Assembly (NCBI GenBank): GCA_033442325.1
Contig: JAWQFM010000009.1
Span: 675,597 to 739,596 of the forward strand
Length of the DNA: 64,000 bases
Source: Salpingoeca rosetta
Taxonomy: Eukaryota > Protista > Choanoflagellata
Reading direction: 5' to 3'
In this document: in pieces, positions 25,382 through 38,565 of the stretch
Position numbering within the stretch: position 1 is the first letter of the stretch
How the letters are laid out: each line of letters starts with the position of its first letter
Made by a program: the position numbers and the translations under genes
Notes under the pieces: generated by a model
Database searches by the model: none
Told to the model about the DNA's origin: nothing
What the model saw: the letters and a program-made list of their open reading frames with translations, nothing else

Positions 25382-27143
25382 CCACCCGTTTCTGTTGCAT
25401 CGAGCGTTGTGTTGTACTGCCGCCTTTTCAACGCTGCTGACTCATTATGTTGCTCCTGCGCTGCCTGGCCTCTGTTGTGGCTGCTGCGTGTGTCCTGACA
25501 CCTGCGCTTGTTGAGCAGCGGCACCCTTGTTCCTGTGCTCACACAAGTACATGTGCAATCACGAGACGCAAAGGGCATCATGACAGCAATTGGGGCGAGA
25601 GTGTGAGCAACATGGGCTGGTGGTGTGGGCGCGCGCATGCGCGTGTGTGCAGATTTGTACTCTCGTTTTTGAAGCATTCCAAGACAGACTGCAAACAAGA
25701 AGCAGCCTTACTTTGGTGATGACGAGATGCGTGCAAGCAAGCGGGCCAGCGAGCGAGTCGGGAGTGAACAGCTGGCGCAAACCACCACTGCTTTCGACGG
25801 CGCGCATCTATGAAGACACCATAAATTGATGGCACACAACCAGCCAGCAGTGTTAGGTGGTGCGAAATATGTTGCAAATCTTGCAGCAAAAATTGACCGT
25901 TCCATGTCCGGTTGTGGGCTGAAATCGCCAAAAACGCACAGCCCCAAACGCACAGCCCCAAACGCACTCGTACACAACAACCACCTCCCTTCTTCCCGCC
26001 CAACACAACCGCGAGTGACAACACCAACCCTGGTTGGGTGTTGTCTGAGACGACCATGTGTTGCAACTAGGAACAGGGCCAGAATGCCTGCAATCGACAA
26101 AAGGCAAGCACAAATGTTTGTGAGGGAATGGTCTGGGAGGCGGTGACCTCTCGACGTGATTGTCAGTCGACACAACGCGGCAAAAGAATTGTGTTCTCTG
26201 TGTGCATGCAAGTATGTAACCGTGCATGTGCTTGTGTGCGTGGATGAGTGAGTATGTGCCTGTGTAGGTGTTTCTTTTGCATGTGCGTGCATGTGCTTGT
26301 GTACGACGAGAATGGGCATCCTCGTCTTGGCACTCACCCATCCATGAGAAAACCGCATCCGCCTTGTTCTGCTTGGGTAGAGGCTGAAACCATGATGGCT
26401 GCAAATTGACAAAGGCAACAGCAAGCAAGTGAGGGAGGCAGCGAGTAAGCGTGTGCTTGCGCATTCATTCTCGGGCGCATGTGTGCATGTCTGTATTCGC
26501 GTCTGCATGTCTGTGTTCGCGTCTGCATGTCTGTGTGCGTGTGTGCATTCATGCTTGCGCGCACGTGTGTGTCCTTGTCATTCCACATCAGCCAAAGCAT
26601 CCCACCTAGCTAAGAGTGCTCGTTGATCAGGCTTGAGTCGTGGCTCCGGCAGCAGCGCAGGCGCGATTCCTACCATCGACACAAGTGGCAGCAGGCAAGC
26701 CAGACAATTGTCAAGAAGAGGGTGCACTTCCTGTCCCCCTCGCAGCTGAACATACCAATCGACACGAGGCGAGTGAGTAGGGTCTTAACTGTGTGCGAAC
26801 GTGTGTGTTTGCGTGGAGATGTGTGCGCGCGTGTTTGCGTAACCATTCGCTCACCAACGTTTCAGGCAGCTCCGCAGTTGCCGAGTGCGTTCATGCCACA
26901 GAACCGTGCAGCGCAACCATGGTACCTGCAATCGACAAAACCAGCAGAAGACAACCGATAAGCACGGGTTAGACGAGACAAGTGTGGTGCATTCCGTTGC
27001 ACATCCACGACCGATCGACAAACGGTGAGAGCGTGGTTCTCATCCCGCCCATGTGTGCGTGTGTTGTTGTTGTTGGTGGTGGTGTAGTTGTTTAAGTTGT
27101 TGTAGTTGTAGTAGCAGTAGTAGTAGTAGTTGTTGTTGTTTAA

Positions 27144-27176
<33 letters not shown>

Positions 27177-28701
27177 ATAGTAGTAGTGGTAGTAGTAGTA
27201 GCAGTAGTGTATGTTTGCATGTGTGCTCATGTTGCTGGGTGCATGCACGCCGACGCCAGTGCACAAGACAAGTAAGCGTGCTCAGCCTCCATGTCTGAAG
27301 CTAGTCCCCCATTCTCGGGACACATGCATAACCACTCCTCACTGCCCATTGCACACACACACATACACACACACACCGCTGTATGCACGAGCGCGCACAA
27401 TCACAGAGTGTCTGACCCACACTCTTCATGCACCATCGCATTCAGTCGCTCCACTGGCGGCCTCTTCCTCGATGCCACCACAATCAAAAGCCCACCGATG
27501 CAGTAGCGGTCCGAGGGAGCAAAGAAGAGGGGTTGCACCAATCACAAACTGCATCCCACATCAAGAAGGGCCTTTCAAGCGTCTTCATGAGCAAGCTACG
27601 CATGCAACGCAAAAATGGAAGTGAGTGGCGTGCCTTGCACAGTGTGAACACATGCGTGTGCGTGTGCGTGTGTGTGTGGGTATGCGCCGACTCAATACGT
27701 ATGTGTGTGTGCGCGTGTGTGTTACCGTGTGCATGCATGTTTGTTGACCAAATGCACAGTGCACCTGCCAACCCACGAACCTGACGTGGCATCGCCGCTT
27801 GATGATATGTTGCGTGTAGAGACGAAGGCATTGGGCGCTGCCTCGACGTGACAGCAACTGTATTGCCTGGGCAAAGCACACGGCCAGCGTAAGGGCCGGC
27901 AAGCACGAAAGCAACAATGCCAAGAGCGCATGTGCATGCGTAGAACCAGCGTACATGTGTGTGAGTGTGCAAGCGTGCGTTGGCACATGTCTAGTGTGTG
28001 AGTGTGTCTTGTGTGTGTGTGTGTGCGCACATGTATGGTGTGTGCGTGTGCGGTATCTTGTGCGTGTGTGCGTGTGTGTGCGGTATCTTGAGTGTGTGTG
28101 TGTGTGTGTGCATGTGTGTGCATGTACGTGCGGCCTACGGGTGTGTTGTGTGCATGTGTGTTGGACGTGCGTGCGTGTTGTACGTGCGTGTGATGTGTGT
28201 ACGTGTATGTTGGGCGTGTGTGTTGTACGTGTATGTTGGACGTGCGGGTTGTACGTGCGCGTGTTGTTCGCGTGTGCGTTGGACATGTGCGCGTGTGTGG
28301 TGGGTGTGGTGATGAGTCCGCCTTGGTTGCACATGCAAGGGCAAATAATGTTGCACGTGCGTATGTTGTTCGCGTGTGCGTTGGACGTGTGCGCGTGTGT
28401 GATGGGTGTGCTGATTAGTTGGCAGGTGCATGCGTGGCAGGCGCATGCGTGACAACCAACCTGTGCGCTTCGCGTTCGCTTGAAGGGCTGGGCAGAAAAC
28501 CAGCGAACGACCTTCGCAGGGCGCAGACGTGGCCAGCGGGAGACACAGGTAAGTGACCACGAATGTGGGTGTTGAGGTGGTGCATCGCCTAATTCGTCAC
28601 TTGCATACTTCTCTGCGGCAAGGTGCGAAGAGGTGGCAAGAGGTGGAATGTCAGCTTGAAGGTCAAGGAGAACGTGTGTGTGTGTGTGTGTTCTGTGTGT
28701 T

Positions 28702-28773
<72 letters not shown>

Positions 28774-29293
28774 CTGTGTGTGTGTGTGTGTTCTGTGTGT
28801 GTGTGTGTGTTCCTGTTCTGTGTGCGTGCGTGCGTGATGCCCTCCTGCATGTCTGTGTTGATGTAAGTGTGTCCACCTATATATTATCAGTGCGGTGTCA
28901 GAAAGCAACAGTTGAAAAAGGCGTGCTGCATGGCAGAAATTCTATCTGACGAAAACTCACCACCTTCCACGGTGTGTGTGCGCGCGCAAGTCAACAGGTC
29001 AACGGGTATCACCTTACCACATGGGCGACGTTGTAATGTAACATAACACTAGAACACTAGAGTGACTAGAGAATGAGCAGGATTGCCTCATGTGCCATCT
29101 GCATTCGCCCCAGCACGCGGAACGATCCAACGGAGACATGGAGGGAGACATAGGCACAGGTGCACCATCACACGCCAGCCAGCCTGCCATAAAAGTGCAC
29201 AACAAGGCAGCAAGGCAGCAACAGACGGGAAAAAGACACGTCAAGTTACACCACGCAGACGCAGTGTGACGTGCTGTGACGAGACACGTAGCC

Positions 29294-29537
29294 GAACAGC
29301 CGCTCCCCTCACAGTCCAACTCAACGTGCACCCTCTACCCTCCTTCTACAACTCAATGACTTGACTCAAGCATGTAGCAGGCGACAAGATCAGGGTTGCA
29401 CCGCACCACTCTCTCCAACCACGCACATTCACAGCACATCGACTAGACTCAGTAAGTTTGCGCCTACCCAGGTACGATGGACGCCTTGTGCATGCGAGTG
29501 TGCGAGTGTTGAGTGTGAGATACGTTGGATGTGTGTG

Positions 29538-29578
<41 letters not shown>

Positions 29579-29674
29579 TCTTGTCGCATGCCACCTGCAT
29601 GAGTATTGTCATTGAGTTGTCGAAGGAGGGTAGAGGGTGCACGTTGAGTTGCACTGAGAGGGGAGCGGCTGTTC
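29294..29674. repeat. Long inverted repeat: 99-bp arms (29294-29392 / 29576-29674), 183-bp spacer
   Basis: Left arm GAACAGCCGCTCCCCTCACAGTCCAACTCAACGTGCACCCTCTACCCTCC...GCGACAAGATCA aligns without gaps to the reverse complement of the right arm, with about 10 mismatches by manual count. Confidence 0.92.
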
Positions 29675-29899
29675 TTTCCCCCCATGTTGTTCGAGTCCAT
29701 TCAGTTGGCTTGAAGTTGTCCGGTGCGTGTGCAGATCGCGCCCCCTCACAGGGACACATTTCCTTCTATATACACTTGTCGCAGAGCTTCGATACGTGAA
29801 TTTCGGGCGTAGGCACTCGCATGACCATGTCATGGTGACACTCCCGCCCCAAAACCATGGTCTCAGTGCGTCTGCATTCAGCGCACTTTCGTCCCGCTT

Positions 29900-29957
<58 letters not shown>

Positions 29958-31031
29958 GTTAGTGGTTGTGCTTCTTACCAATTGAGACACGCGACACGAG
30001 CGTCACAACGGGATCTCCTCCTGGGGCCTGTTAGCAAATGTCCAGTGTAATGTGACTCTGTGAGCAGGGTACACTGGTCTGGCATGCCCTTGCTTGAATG
30101 CACACACAGGCAGGCGAGCTATCTTCTTGATCTCACAGCCTGGGTCATCTTCTGCATGCATGGCACACGTCGATGCATGCATGCATGCATGGTGAAGGTG
30201 CACTGCACACGCTCGCGGCATGGCACCCACCTCCTCTCCCTGTCTCTGTCTCTGTCTCTGTCTCTCTGTTTCTCTCTGCCTCTCCGTTGACCTTGTTGCC
30301 TCGAGCCCAGCCTCATCTTGCTTTCTCGCATTTCGTGGGGGGAGACGTCATTGCCTCGTTGTGTGCTTGCTTGTCCTGGCAAACTGAGCTGCAGAGGGCG
30401 GGGCTGCCTTGCTTGTGTGCACGACAGTAAACGATATTCAGCAGCATCATGAAGCCTGGCAATCAAATGTGACGGAGAAAGCGGACACGGCAAGAGTGCT
30501 AGGGTGAGGGGTGAGCACGGATGTACCAGCAGAGATGACGGTAACAACATCAACACCGACACCAACACCAACGTCCGCGTTGACATCATCACACACGTAT
30601 GCACGGCACGGCATTTGTCACAGGAACGTCCAGCACAGCCACATCGCAAGCACGCAGCAAGGGATCGTAAAGTGGCGCGCACCGCTTTGTCTCGTTGGTT
30701 GTTTGAAGCGACGCCAGCTTGACAACCAGTGATGGTCTCGACAAGCACGGCGGCAGGCATCCCACACGGTGGTCCAACGAGGAACGAATGGCTGGATCGG
30801 GATCCATCTGCATGAAGATGGGTGTTGAAGCCTCACATGGCCTGGTTGCTTGGACAGTGGAGAAAGTGTAGGGGCGGGGATGTGGGGGGGGGGGAGGCTG
30901 GAAGGAGAAGCGGCTGCACAGTCGTTCAGTCCAAGTGGTCAAGTGGTAGGATTTCGCCCTTTTGCTGTGTGTTCATGCGTGTGTGTGTGTACGGTGTGCG
31001 TGTATGTGCTTGTGTGTGTGTGTGTGCGTGT

Positions 31032-31066
<35 letters not shown>

Positions 31067-31325
31067 CACGTCTGACCAGCCACCAGCATCTTCAACATTC
31101 ACGCCAGTTCAGAAAGGAGAGGTCAGTGATGACACAGCGTGCTTGCAGGCAACGGGCAACAACAGTGTCACCGTTGTTGTTGCAGAAAATTATGTGTGTA
31201 CGGGTGCGGTGTGCTTTGGCGCGCAGCTCATCACGTCTTTGTGTGCGTGGCTTTGTTTGTTTGTTTGTATTGGAGCACATGGTTTTACTGTCGAGCTGCT
31301 GACACGTATTCCCCCATCCCCCAAT

Positions 31326-31406
<81 letters not shown>

Positions 31407-31530
31407 CCTGCGCAAGCATAACATCACCAAAACTCATGTACAAGTGCAGATACAACATGTCAGTTGGGGGCTGCCACCACCATCCTCACCACCACCACCA
31501 CCACCACCATCATCATCATCATTGTCATCA

Positions 31531-32643
31531 TCACCGAGGCGCCCGCTTGTTCCTCAAACGGCTGCTGCGCCTTGTTGGGGTGAGCAGCACATTCTGCTGC
31601 TTCCGCGCGCTTTTTCCTTTTCCCTCCTGCTTGTTGCTCTCTGCATCCTCTGCGGCTGTGCTGCCCTGGTTCTCAGCCCCGTCTCCTTCCTCCACTTCCT
31701 CTTTCTTCTCTTCAACTCCACCTTCTGCTGCGTTCACAGCGTCGCTGGTGTCATCACCCGCCTTCTCTTCCTCCTCCTCGTCTTCTGTCTCATCATCATC
31801 CTCATCCTTCTCATCCTCGTCCTCATCCTTCACAGGTGGCAGGCTCAGCGCCGGCACGTCCGTGTGCGCGCCATCAAAGTCCGACGCCAGCGACGTCGCC
31901 TTCATCACCGCTGCCGCAAAGTCGCGTCCAGAGGCCTCTTCCTTCTCCTCGCGAACAGCCACGGGCTTCCCCTTCTTGCCAGCGTGCCCATTCATCTTTG
32001 CTCCATTGTCGCCGCGCCGCGCCGTGCCCTCTGCCTTGACGTCATCCTCCTTCACAAGGCTGGTGGCCGCCAGCGAAAACACGCGTGTCTCGTTCTTCGC
32101 ATCAGCAACGCAGTCCCACCGTCCAAGGCGCGGCTCCTGCCACACCACCACCACCAAGGAATGTCGTGTGATTGTGAGTGAGGGATCGTGTGTGAGGGTG
32201 ATTGTGTGTGAGGGTGATTGTGTGTGAGTGGGAGTGAGTGTGAGGGTGATTGTGTGTGAGGGTGATTGTGTGTGAGGGTGATTGTGTGTGAGCGTGTGAG
32301 GGTGATTGCATGTGTCTTATGTTTGTGATGGCGTGTGATGGCGGTGAGATGGTTTGATGTGAAAGCCGCAGATGTTACAAGCAGAAGGAAGGTGGTGAGG
32401 GATACAACACGTGAGCGATGCGCTTGCACACCTTGCCGAGTGCTGCCACGAGGAAGGCGCCGTCAGCCGTAAACTTGAGCGAGTTCACCCATCCGACCTG
32501 ACAGGCACAAGGCAGGAACCATGAGCAAGTGGAGTGCGCAGGGAGAGGGGAAGAGAACGATGTCACACCACAGCGTTGGAGTGGAACATGCACACGGGAG
32601 CACGGGCACCCACACACAGCGTACACACAGCGTACACACACAG

Positions 32644-32678
<35 letters not shown>

Positions 32679-32685
32679 CGTATAC

Positions 32686-32716
<31 letters not shown>

Positions 32717-35103
32717 GCGTATACACACACACACACACCGCGTTGATGGACATGACGGGGCTGATGCGGGCACTGCGGGCATCCGTGCTCCACAGGCGAA
32801 TGCAGCCGTTGTTTGAGCCGGAAGCAGTGAGGTCGCTGTAGGGAACCGCAGCAACAGCGGTGATCCAGCTGTCCTTGCCGTGCGCACGAGGAACTGTACA
32901 CACGGGCTTTCGCTTGCCAATGTCCCACAGACTCAGCGCGCTAAGGTGGCCACAGCCATGAAAGAAACGAAGAAGGCATGCACGCACGAGCGTGTCGTGA
33001 GCAAAAGCAGTACAGGAAGCACCACAAAAACCATCACAAGATCGGAGAGGACGAGAACACCACAAGGTGACACAGCACGACACCAAACACTGCACACCAA
33101 ACACAGCACCACAAACACGGCATCCCAACCACCCACACGCCACATCGCACAAACACACAGCACAGCACAGCCCCAAACACACACGCACCCGTTTTGGTTG
33201 CCGGTGAGGAAATGAAGCTCTGTCACCATTGCAATGCAGTCGAGGCTGATGCCCGTGGATGCAAACACCAGCTGCGACGACTCAACAATCTGTCACAATG
33301 ACACAATGACACGCAGCGTGAGCACTGCAAAGGCAGTCATGGGCCATCATCATATACACACACACATGTCACCCCTCACCAAGGAACCATGACACCGCGC
33401 CCAACGCACCAACACATTCGGGTTGAGCCAGCACAGCGCACAAGCCAACACCACAGCAGGCAATAGGCAAAGCACGACCAGCAACATCACGTAGGAGCAT
33501 TTCACCGACCTTCCACAAGCGGAGGGAGCGGTCTCTGCCGCCAACACTGACGGCGCGTTCCCTGTGCAGGCTGTCCACGGCAAGCACCTGATCCTGGTGC
33601 CCAAACAGCGTCTCCACGTACGATAACGAGTCAATGTTCCACACCTGTGCGCAAGCAATCATCGCAGACATTATGTAGGGGGGATGTAAGCGCCGGGAGA
33701 GAGGCTAGGTGAGGTGGGGGAAATCGACTGAGTGTGGTTGATGTTTGTGCACGGTGCTGCAGGTCGGGCCACGTGAAGCTGTACAAGGAGAGAATCAAGA
33801 GGCAGAGCACGCGTGAATGTGCGTCACCTTGACTGTGCGATCGTCGCATGCGCTGAACAGGGTGTTCTCCCCGAGCCGAAACGCCAGCCCGTTGATGTTT
33901 CCACGGTGGCCCTGCATGTCCGCCATGGCAAATGTGATCATGACCGTGAACACGCGCAACACCAGCGTGGAACGATTGCTCGTGAATGATTGCTCATGTC
34001 AACACATACACATACACAGACAGACACATACACATACACAGACAGGCACAGGCACACAGACACAGACACACACAAAGAGCGCGACGTTCAAGCTCATGTA
34101 CATTGCCGATCACGGACACTGCACACGAAAACACAACACCATCCACAAATGAGCTCATGCCCGTGGTTGTACTACGGACCCGAAGGTACTTGACGTGGCT
34201 GTGTGTTTGAAAGTCCCAGATGTTGATGATGGCATCTGTGCCAGCGCTGGCAAGGAAGGTGCCGTCTGTGTTCAGGGCAAGCGCGAGAACGTGGCCCGTG
34301 TGTCCAGTGGGGTTGTTCTTGGACTTGCGCTTCCACGTGTGCAGACGCGTGCCTTGGGATTGAATGGATGCGCAGGCGATAAGCAATGAGAATGGTCACG
34401 AGAAAGCAGTCGCGGTCGGCATCACACAAACAAAGAGGGAGACATTCAGCCGCAGTCACCATACGAATCCACGCACACACACACACATGCACACACCCAC
34501 ACACACACACTGACACATTGCATGTGGAGGGGCCTGACCTGAGTCGCGCATCCACTTGATGATGCTTCCGTCTTTGGACGCGGTGACGACATAGCGGGTG
34601 TCTGCAGAGATGACTGCGCTGGTCACTGGAAGGCGATGGCCGCGGGTGGTGACGGTGGCGGCAGGGTCAACGGCCTTGTGGCGCAGCGTGTGGGCCAGCT
34701 GACGACGCAGCACGCCTTTCTGCTTGTGCACCTCTTGTCGCAAGCGATGGGAGATGGCCTTTGTGAGCATGTCTCCTTCCAGCTCCTTCTCCTTCTCCTG
34801 CTCCTCAATCTGTTCGATAATCTCCTTGGCCATGCGCAGCCGCTTCTCCGCGGCCGTTTCCTGCACCAGGGTCTCGTCCTCTGACAGGTCGTCATCGTCA
34901 TCGTCTGCAAATGCTTGCTGGATCTCTGCATCGAGGGTGAGCCCGCTTCCGTCGTCCCCTTCGTCATCAGAAGGGATCTCCTCATCTCGCTGGCGGCGCT
35001 TCCCACCCTTGCCTCGCTTGGAGATGGGCTGGCCACCGTCAGTGGGTGCCCACCGCTTTGACCGGCGCGAGTCGCTGCTCGCGAAGAAAGGATCGTGATC
35101 CAT
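31531..35103 (-). CDS. RRP9: U3 snoRNP WD40 protein Rrp9/U3-55K
   Basis: [41 protein letters not shown]|[70 protein letters not shown] and EPRLGRW. Confidence 0.95.
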
Positions 35104-35925
35104 CCTCGTTCACCTGTGTGTGCGCGTGTGTGTGCGTGTTGTGTGTGTGTGTGTGTGCGTGTGTGTGTGTGTGTGCGTGCGTGTGTGTGTGCGCGCGTGT
35201 GTGTGTGTGTGTGCGTGTTTGGTTGCAGCAGCAGCAGCTCGCTGGCAGCAGTGTATCTTCGCTGGCTTTTGTGCTGGGCACGTGGCTGCTTGTGAAGGAA
35301 GGGCACTTGGTCAATTTTGACTTTGGTGGCAAAGGCAAAGTTGCCTTGATCGTTGCATCGGAAAAAAAAATCAAATCAGCAAACACACGACACCACAACG
35401 AACCGGCCGTTTGTTGTTTGTTGTTGTTCGCTGTTCGTGTGTTGTTGTTGTGTGCGCGAGTTGTGGCAGCACGCACAACGAACCAAACCACACCAACGAG
35501 CCACGACGATCCCCAACCAAGCACAACGCGCATAGCAATCACGGTTGTGTGTGGTGCTGGTTTGCCGACTGGCCGACTGACTGCTGTGTGACTGGACGTC
35601 TTTTGGGTGTTGTTGATCGTGGACAGCCCTCGCTTTGCGGTTTCTTTGCCTTTGGCGTTTCTCGCTCGTTCGTTGACCCAAGCAGGTACGTATGAATGTG
35701 CGTGTGTGTGTGCGCTGTTTCTGTGTTGCTGTTACTTGTCTTGTTCCCCGACACCACACACCGCCTCTATCCGCAACGAGCAGCACCTGCCTGTCGACGC
35801 ACAAAAGACCGAAGGCAGTGACGCTCATCATTCCTCTTCCCTCCACACACACACGCACTTGAACACACACACACACACGCACTTGAACACACATGTTGCA
35901 CAACAGCTCGCAAGCAAAGCCAGCC

Positions 35926-37430
35926 ATGTCAAGTGGTGGCGATGGAAGGCGGCGCAGGCGCCGCATGCCAAAGCCCAAGGAAACATCGTTCCTGGAACAC
36001 ATGCACACAGACCATGGCGCGCTGGCCCAGGTAAGCCCGATGGACGTGGTGGCGTTGGCAGTGCAGATGTTCGCACGAACTGCGATGATGTCCTTGGTGA
36101 TGACGATGATGGTGACGGTGCACATGGTCTGCTGTTCTCGATACAGGAGCGTGTGATCCGGGACCTGCGTGCTGCTGTGCGCTCTGTTGAGACAGAGAGA
36201 CCATACACACCGGCAGATCGGTCGCGAGGTTCGTGATCCCATTCTGGCGGATGCCCAATGGGCTGTGTGTGTGTGTGTGTGTTTTCGCGCGTTGTTGGTT
36301 CCCGCTTGTTCTGCACTCACCACCATCTTGCGCGCGTAGGGTTGTTTGGTGCAAGTCGCGTTGGCGAAGGCCAGCACAGTCGCATTGGCTCTGCCAGCTC
36401 AGTCCAGGGTGCTATGGACCTGAGGCCGCCCTCAGCTTTCGCGTGCGTATGTGTGTGTGCGCGCGTATGTGTGAGAGCGCGTGAGATAGACAGACAGACA
36501 CATCACGCGCGCGCGTGTGTGTGCATGAGTGAGGAGCCTGGCCAGTATTTACGTCGCGCCTGGCCTTGGTTTGCGCTATTGGTTCGTGCATCGTTCACCC
36601 CCCCCCCCACACACACACATGACGTCTTTCCCGCGCTTGCCGTTTGGCATACAGAATTGGCCGAAAGCAGTTCCTTGCCAACCTGCCTGAGACAGAGGAC
36701 CTTGAGCGGCCCATGACTGGCGTGCGCCCGTCCACCCGCCGCAACCCGCCATCTGTTGCACGAACAAGCGCTGCCAACGAGGTGTGCAAACACCGCATGT
36801 GCATGTGTGTGTATGTGTGTGTGTGTGAAGCTGTCATTGGCGGCAGTTGGGTAGCGGCTTGCTGGTGTTCGTTGCCACTTGGGTTCCACATGAGCTCACG
36901 CGTGCACACATCTGTGCTGCTACTACTGCTGCTACCGCTGCTACTGCTGCTACCGCTGCGACTGCTGCGACCGTGTGATTGTTAAGGAGCCACGGCGGCG
37001 GTGCATGTCAACGTCGTCGTCCCTCTCCTCGGCCGGGCGAACCCGCTCCTCATCACGCAGGTCACCGCCCATGCCCCCTGCGTGCGCTTTGCCTTGTCTG
37101 TGTGTCTGTGAGTGTCTGTGTGTCTGCGAGTGATAGGTGGACGCTGCTGCGCATACTTCGCCACCTCTCACACACGGTCGCGTGAACACGCATGATGTCT
37201 GTTGTGTGCAGACGGCTTCCCTCCGGGTCTGACGAGCACGGCGATGCGAACGACCCCGACATCCCCGCGGCAAAACAGAGCTCCCAACGTCGCATGATGC
37301 CCCGCCCCCCGCCGCGGCGGCCCCCGTACGTGCACACCGCTGGTGGAGCCGTGGGTCTGGGCATGCTTGTTTGTCTGCTTGTATATTTTTGCGTGCGTGC
37401 GAGCGTGCGTGTGTGTGTGTGTGTGCGTGC

Positions 37431-37465
<35 letters not shown>

Positions 37466-38356
37466 CAGTCATAGCATATCGCATCCGCTTGATTTTGCTT
37501 TCCCTGTCCTCTCTGTCATCATCCAAAACAGCTCACGAACATGCACACACACACGCACACGCCCACACTCCACCGCCACCACGATTTGTACGATCACCAC
37601 TGCGCGTTCGGGCGTGGCAGCGCGGCGATGGACACGACGGCCGAGGAGCACACGTCTGCATCCACACCAACATCCGCCCTCTCCCGCTCAGCATCGTCCA
37701 GCATGAAGGTCATCAACCACACCACCACCACACCAGCAGGAGCGAATGCGCCGCCACCACCATCATCGTCGTCGTCAGCGTCAGCGTCGTCACAGCAGCG
37801 CACGCGGCCGCGCCCACCAACTAGGGAAGGCACGGCTGCTGGGCGGCGGGCAACGAGTGCAGACACGCAACCGCGGCTGGCGTCGGCCGTTGTTGTCGAC
37901 AACTCCCGCTGGCAGGAGCTCGAACCCCTCCTCACAAAGGTCTGCAGCCACACGGTGTTGGGCGTTTGGGGGGGGGGGTGGTGGTGGAGCAAGCGTGGTA
38001 TTGGTTTGGCTGTGCCCTGTGTGTTGTGTTGTGTTGTGTTGTGTTGTGTTGTGTTGTGTTGTGTTGTGTTGTGTGTGTATGTGTGTGAGAGAGAGTGTGT
38101 GTGTGGAAAGCTTTGGTTGCTTCGACGGTGCGTCGTGTCCCTGCTCATGGGCGTATGTGGTGGGCGGTGCGATCATCAGTTGAGCGTGGAGGAGCCCATC
38201 GACTCGCTCCTCGACCTCGTCGCAACAATCAGCAAACTCCTCAACAATAAGGTCAGCAATGTGTGTACGTGTCTGCTAACTTGCGTGCGGATATGTTGAC
38301 GGCTTCACCCTTCCCGTCTTTGCGCCCTGATGCAACATGTCACCATCACATGTGCA

Positions 38357-38405
<49 letters not shown>

Positions 38406-38534
38406 GTGTGTGTGTGTGCAGCCGCTGTACAACGGGCAGCGTAACAGCGAGCTGCTGCGCTCGCTGTACCGGTTGACGGATCTCTCCGATCCTCGGCTCC
38501 TTGCCCGCGTCGGCCGTCTTATCCTCATGGTGAC

Positions 38535-38565
<31 letters not shown>

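Noticed and set aside
26860-30950. Possible minus-strand spliced gene(s) in the gene-poor tract
   Set aside because: I could not build a frame-consistent exon chain or recognise any domain.
32165-32310. 16-bp repeat GTGTGTGAGGGTGATT as a telomere-like array
   Set aside because: Short degenerate intronic minisatellite in RRP9 that lacks TTAGGG units.
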